Virus record (IMG/VR): IMGVR_UViG_3300012942_000077
Coordinates: 1-41,361 of that record
DNA length: 41,361 nt
Strand: one strand, 5' to 3'
Source of the DNA: a virus
Taxonomy: Duplodnaviria > Caudoviricetes
In this document: positions 37,459 through 41,361 of the stretch, piece by piece
Layout of the letters: each line of letters opens with the position of its first letter
Position numbering within the stretch: position 1 is the first letter of the stretch
Position numbers and translations under genes: made by a program
The notes under the pieces: generated by a model
What the model saw: only the letters and a program-made list of their open reading frames with translations
Database searches by the model: none
What the model was told of the DNA's origin: nothing

Positions 37459-37702
37459 GGAAATCGTCACTGAAGACGTTCAGCAGGTTAAGGATGAGAA
37501 AGACATCCAGACCAACCGCTTTGATCCCGGTGAAGATAAGTTCGATCATCTCTCACTTGGTGATGATAGAAAGCCTAAGCTGACTCTGAAGATGATCAAT
37601 AGGCTCAAGAAGATCCGCTCTACCAAGAACCTAGAGATGGTCAAGAAGCAAGAGCTCCTTGGTATCATGTATGGTAATGGTGGAGATGAGGAAGAGTCTT
37701 AA
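37448..37702 (+). CDS. Small head-module hypothetical protein (84 aa)
   Basis: ATG 37448 overlaps the portal end. Reads MRYKEIVTE..RKPKLTLKMINRLKKIR..MYG. Confidence 0.65.
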   Translation: MRYKEIVTEDVQQVKDEKDIQTNRFDPGEDKFDHLSLGDDRKPKLTLKMINRLKKIRSTKNLEMVKKQELLGIMYGNGGDEEES

Positions 37703-37989
37703 GCAAAGAGCTTATCAGAGATCTTCTTAATCTGAGAAAGCTCAGACTCATCTAACTTTTCGATTCTCGATTCAAATTTGGCTTTGAATGCTTGTGCTTC
37801 TTGCCCTGTGAGGGTCATGAGATCAAAACCAGAATCTTTAAGGTGTTGGTAAATCGCGACTGCGAAAGTGGGTGATTTACCCATATCTCTAACCATTACC
37901 TCCGCAATAGCTTCCGGATTGTCTTCTCCCCTGGTAACAGCCTTAGCCTGAGCCACAATGGCTTTGATCTTATCGGTATTCATACTCAT
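37699..37989 (-). CDS. Hypothetical protein (~96 aa)
   Basis: AAGGA SD before MSMNTDKIK. Shares a TTAA stop with the convergent gene. Confidence 0.6.
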   Translation of the reverse strand: MSMNTDKIKAIVAQAKAVTRGEDNPEAIAEVMVRDMGKSPTFAVAIYQHLKDSGFDLMTLTGQEAQAFKAKFESRIEKLDESELSQIKKISDKLFA

Positions 37990-38041
37990 CTGGTATTCCT
38001 TACGCACACCACTATATTCTAAAGGTATTAGGCTGGTGGAA

Positions 38042-38503
38042 TCAACCACCTCTTTGAATACCTATAACTCGTTTCAGACGATCACTAGCACCGGTAGTAT
38101 CAATATCAGAGTCAGGCACCACCTCTGATTCCATTACTGGCTTTGGCTTGCGGGTTGGTTTCTTAGGTTTCTTCTCGGCCACACCTTCTGGTCGTGGTGT
38201 TGGAACCACTACGACGCATTCATAGTCGAAAGCATCCTTGATCAGCGAGAATGTCACCGCTTGATATTCCGATGGATCGCGTTTGGCCCGCTCAGGATAT
38301 TCGGCGAATAGATGATCCAATGCTTCCGAGAAGCCGCTGTTTGGTGTGAAGGGCCAGTGCTTGAGTTGGATGAGGTATCTCACAACGGCTTGGCCCTCAA
38401 TATTGTTTCGATCCAACCCCATCAAGAGATCCAGAAACCCTCGATCTCCTGCCTCTAAGAATAACTTCACACCCTTAGCCAGGTCGCTATTGATCATAAC
38501 CAT
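38042..38503 (-). CDS. Hypothetical protein (153 aa)
   Basis: AAGGAG SD and a sigma70-like promoter upstream. Confidence 0.7.
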   Translation of the reverse strand: MVMINSDLAKGVKLFLEAGDRGFLDLLMGLDRNNIEGQAVVRYLIQLKHWPFTPNSGFSEALDHLFAEYPERAKRDPSEYQAVTFSLIKDAFDYECVVVVPTPRPEGVAEKKPKKPTRKPKPVMESEVVPDSDIDTTGASDRLKRVIGIQRGG

Positions 38504-38523
38504 AATGAACTCCTTCCTTGCCT

Positions 38524-38572
38524 AACCTAGCAGACTGAACCGTTATGTCAAATAGGATGGTCTGGGTAAATA
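38524..38572. promoter_or_regulatory. Back-to-back sigma70-like promoter (-) and late promoter (+)
   Basis: On -: TTGACA (38551-38546), N16, TAGGTT (38529-38524). On +: TAAATA 38567-38572. Confidence 0.55.
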
Positions 38573-38627
38573 GATAACATGAATACGAGTGGCTTTGACC
38601 ATTCCTCCCTTTCGCGAAGGAGACAAT

Positions 38628-39578
38628 ATGAAAATCAATCTTATGGATATCATGGAATCGCTGAATAGCGATAACGTGGAAGATGCGCAGGCTGCTCTAC
38701 ACGAGTGGTTTGTTGATCAAGGCAAAGCAGTTCAAGCAAGACTAAGCGGCCAGGCTGTTGATGAGGAAACAATCAACGAGGCCAATTCTGATACTTTGGT
38801 TCTACTTAGAGATCCGAATGACGGTTATGATGAAGTTTGGGCTTTTCAGTCTGATAATGATGCCCAGAAGTTCATTCAATTGAACCAAGAATATTACGAG
38901 GGTGGCCGTTATGATGCGGTAGCTGGTGATCTAGCCCGTATCATCACTCCGGAGGAGATGGGGAGATTTAGCCCTCCAACACAGGCCGCCCCTGCTGGTA
39001 TCCTGAATGACTTTGAACCGGATGATGAAGATGACTATGATGGTGGGGCATTTGACCAGTGGTTGAACGCCAATAGAGACAAATATTCCGTTGACACCCC
39101 TGATCTATCCTGGGGTGGTGAAGATTCTGAAGACGATGATGTCGAAGAGTCTGATGAGGATTACACTAATACACAGGAAGCAACACAACCAACCTTAGAA
39201 GCTGATCTCATCGCAGAACTCAATGAAGCTTTCGCGGGTCTAGAGACTGTTTCAGATAAGCTTCAGAATGTTGAAGGCGCGGCTGTTGGTGAAGAGGGTA
39301 AGCTACCCGTAAATACCAAGGATACTGTTCCACATCACAAAGCTGATAGCCGCCAGGGTGGTGAACCCGTTGAAATCAAGTCAGATGACCATAAGGGTTA
39401 CGATCTTGAGAAGGCTCCAGCGGTTAAGGATGCTCCAGTAAAGCATCACGTTCAGAATTCCAAGGACGATCCGAAGAAGGTTAGTGCCCAAAAGGGTGCT
39501 CTCCTAAACAAGATGGATGGTTCGGTGAATACCCAGTCGCCAATTAGCGGCAAGGGCGCAAAGGGTCTCAAGAAATAA
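38628..39578 (+). CDS. Acidic prohead core/scaffold-like protein, paralog 1 (316 aa)
   Basis: AAGGAG SD before MKINLMD. Very acidic, lies between the portal and the protease, and shares N- and C-terminal blocks with the next gene. Confidence 0.65.
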   Translation: MKINLMDIMESLNSDNVEDAQAALHEWFVDQGKAVQARLSGQAVDEETINEANSDTLVLLRDPNDGYDEVWAFQSDNDAQKFIQLNQEYYEGGRYDAVAGDLARIITPEEMGRFSPPTQAAPAGILNDFEPDDEDDYDGGAFDQWLNANRDKYSVDTPDLSWGGEDSEDDDVEESDEDYTNTQEATQPTLEADLIAELNEAFAGLETVSDKLQNVEGAAVGEEGKLPVNTKDTVPHHKADSRQGGEPVEIKSDDHKGYDLEKAPAVKDAPVKHHVQNSKDDPKKVSAQKGALLNKMDGSVNTQSPISGKGAKGLKK

Positions 39579-39588
39579 GAGACTGGAG

Positions 39589-39616
39589 AGGGTGGGGAGA
39601 ATCATCTCCCCACCCT
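39589..39616 (+). terminator. 12-bp hairpin; probable terminator or mRNA stabiliser
   Basis: AGGGTGGGGAGA-atca-TCTCCCCACCCT, 10 nt after the stop, with only a weak U-tract. Confidence 0.6.
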
Positions 39617-39690
39617 TCTAACATTTGACGTCGTTTGATTCAAAATCGCGCCTTTTGACCCGTTTCTGACTATCAAGAAGAACTTCTGGT

Positions 39691-39696
39691 TAAATA
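39691..39696 (+). promoter_or_regulatory. Late promoter box TAAATA
   Basis: Lies 50 nt upstream of scaffold paralog 2. Confidence 0.6.
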
Positions 39697-39745
39697 CAGC
39701 GTGAACAGAGCCCGGCGATGTTCAAAAGAACAAGGAGAGCAACCT

Positions 39746-40735
39746 ATGAAGACGGTAGACCTGAGTAAGGTTCTCGAGATGCTCATCAATGAGGAGCAAA
39801 CCGAGGCTACTGGCCTTCTGCATGAGTGGTTTGTTGAAACTTCGAAGAAGGTCAACGCGGATCTCATGGCAGAGGACAATTCGCTTTCCCAGGACATCGA
39901 GGATGACCAGGAAGCAATTAAGTCTGAGGAGTTCTACAGCGAAGCTGAAGGCGACGATGAAGTTGAAGCCGATGCTGACGAAGTAGCCACAGACGATGTT
40001 GATGGTGATGACACAGACGCCGATCTCGAGCCAGGTGCCGAGATTGAATCGCCTGAAGAAGTCGACGCCGAGGTAGCACTAGGCGATACCATTGAAGACC
40101 TAGAGGCAGTGATGGCACGCCTTAAGGCTGAATTCGCAGAAATCACTGGTGCTGGCGCTGATGAAGAGCCAGTAGCTGACATGGACGATATGGATGGCGA
40201 CGACGTTGCTGAGCCAGTCGGCATGGATACTGACGATGTGACGGATGAGAGTCTGGCATTTGAGTCGGCAGACGCAGAGGGTGATGATGCGGATGGCGAA
40301 GACGAGGATGCTGAAGAAGTTACCGAGTCTGAGGACGATTTCGCAGATCTTGAAGAGAGCTGGAATCTAGAGCCAGTCAAGGCAACTGACCTAGTTGACG
40401 GTAAGGAAATTGGCGCTGACGGTAAGAAGTTTACCGGTAATGACAAGAGCCCACTTCCTGAGCACGATGCTGATGGCCGTGTCGGTGGTGAAGCTGTTGA
40501 GATTCACTCCGAAGACCATGTCGGCTACGATCGTGAAGCCGCTCCAGAGGTTAAGGCAAAGCCACTCCTGAAGAACCAGGTTAAGAAGAGCACTGATGGC
40601 CGCACCAAGGTCAGCAAGGAAGGCGACAAGTCAGCCAAGCTGAACAGCAAGGACGGTTTCGGTTCGGATAGCCCAAAGAGCCCAATCGGCGGCGGTGCTG
40701 CTGATCTTCGCGGTTCGGACTTCAAGAGGAAGTAA
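39746..40735 (+). CDS. Acidic prohead core/scaffold-like protein, paralog 2 (329 aa)
   Basis: AAGGAG SD before MKTVDLSK. Asp/Glu-rich and directly upstream of the prohead protease. Confidence 0.7.
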   Translation: MKTVDLSKVLEMLINEEQTEATGLLHEWFVETSKKVNADLMAEDNSLSQDIEDDQEAIKSEEFYSEAEGDDEVEADADEVATDDVDGDDTDADLEPGAEIESPEEVDAEVALGDTIEDLEAVMARLKAEFAEITGAGADEEPVADMDDMDGDDVAEPVGMDTDDVTDESLAFESADAEGDDADGEDEDAEEVTESEDDFADLEESWNLEPVKATDLVDGKEIGADGKKFTGNDKSPLPEHDADGRVGGEAVEIHSEDHVGYDREAAPEVKAKPLLKNQVKKSTDGRTKVSKEGDKSAKLNSKDGFGSDSPKSPIGGGAADLRGSDFKRK

Positions 40736-40737
40736 TC

Positions 40738-41361
40738 ATGGCATTGATTCTCACCGAAAGGATGAACTTTGACGAGGCCAGGTGCGTCGTTGAAGCCGGC
40801 GAGCAAGGACCTGATGGCAAGTCGAAGGACTTGTTCATGCGTGGTATCTTTGTTCAGGGTGGAGTCAAGAATCATAACCAGCGCGTCTACCCAGTCAACG
40901 AAATTCGAATGGCGGTAGAAAGCATCAATGAAACTCTGCGTAGGGGTGAAAGCGTTCTTGGTGAAGCTGACCATCCAGAAGAGCTGAACATTAACATCGA
41001 TCGTGTGTCTCATATGATCACCGAGATGTACATGGACGGCCCTAATGGTATGGGTAAGCTCAAGATCCTCCCTACCCCAATGGGTAATATTGTTAAGACC
41101 CTTCTGGAGAACGGTGTGAAACTTGGTGTTTCATCTCGTGGATCTGGTAACGTAAATGATCGTGGTGAGGTTTCGGATTTCGAAATCGTAACCGTTGATA
41201 TCGTTGCCCGCCCATCCGCTCCAGAGGCCTACCCAAAGGCAGTCTACGAGGCACTTAACATGCGCCGTCGTGGAGCAGTCATTGAAGACCTGGCACATGC
41301 CGTGAAGCATGATCCGAAGGCGCAGGGGCATCTCGCAAAAGAGCTCCTGAACTGGATCCAC
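40738..41361 (+). CDS. gp21: Prohead protease, T4 gp21-like (3' end outside window)
   Basis: My translation reads MALILTE..GIFVQGGVKNHNQRVYP..LGEADHP..RVSH..GKLKILPTPMG..LGVSSRGSG..DIVARPSAPEAY. It is missing from the ORF track because no stop falls inside the window. Confidence 0.92.
   Translation, partial: MALILTERMNFDEARCVVEAGEQGPDGKSKDLFMRGIFVQGGVKNHNQRVYPVNEIRMAVESINETLRRGESVLGEADHPEELNINIDRVSHMITEMYMDGPNGMGKLKILPTPMGNIVKTLLENGVKLGVSSRGSGNVNDRGEVSDFEIVTVDIVARPSAPEAYPKAVYEALNMRRRGAVIEDLAHAVKHDPKAQGHLAKELLNWIH

Noticed and set aside
1-41361. Stop-codon reassignment, as seen in some large phages
   Set aside because: Core genes are full length in the standard code, and TAA, TGA and TAG all end genes at sensible positions.
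39918-41361. Minus-strand ORFs (39934-40446 Ser-rich, 40525-41013, 41131-41361)
   Set aside because: They are antisense shadows of the acidic scaffold gene and the prohead protease.

Overview
A 41-kb segment of a large T4-related (jumbo-type) myovirus genome, read in the standard genetic code. The left half is a minus-strand baseplate/tail operon: a giant ORF of >3,300 codons that runs off the left edge and is missing from the ORF track, gp6-, gp25-, gp5-, gp53- and gp48/54-like genes, and two muralytic domains. The middle holds gp55 late sigma, gp47, gp46, an atypical RlmN-like radical SAM enzyme, an array of small paralogous 'AMLFKLTW' proteins and a Holliday-junction-resolvase-like nuclease. 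The right side holds RNase H, a gp26-like chaperone with an apparent -1 frameshift, a tape-measure-like gene, the portal, two paralogous scaffold/core proteins and the prohead protease, which runs off the right edge. TAAATA late-promoter boxes mark most operon starts. The most notable locus is 29.4-31.2 kb. There a protein resembling the RNA-binding (WED/REC) half of TnpB/Cas12, with no RuvC domain, is followed by a ~0.9-kb non-coding tract. This tract has a late-promoter box and many helices whose G-U pairs work only on the + strand. It is a candidate phage ribonucleoprotein system or an RNA-primed origin. All homology calls are motif recognition by eye; no searches were run.
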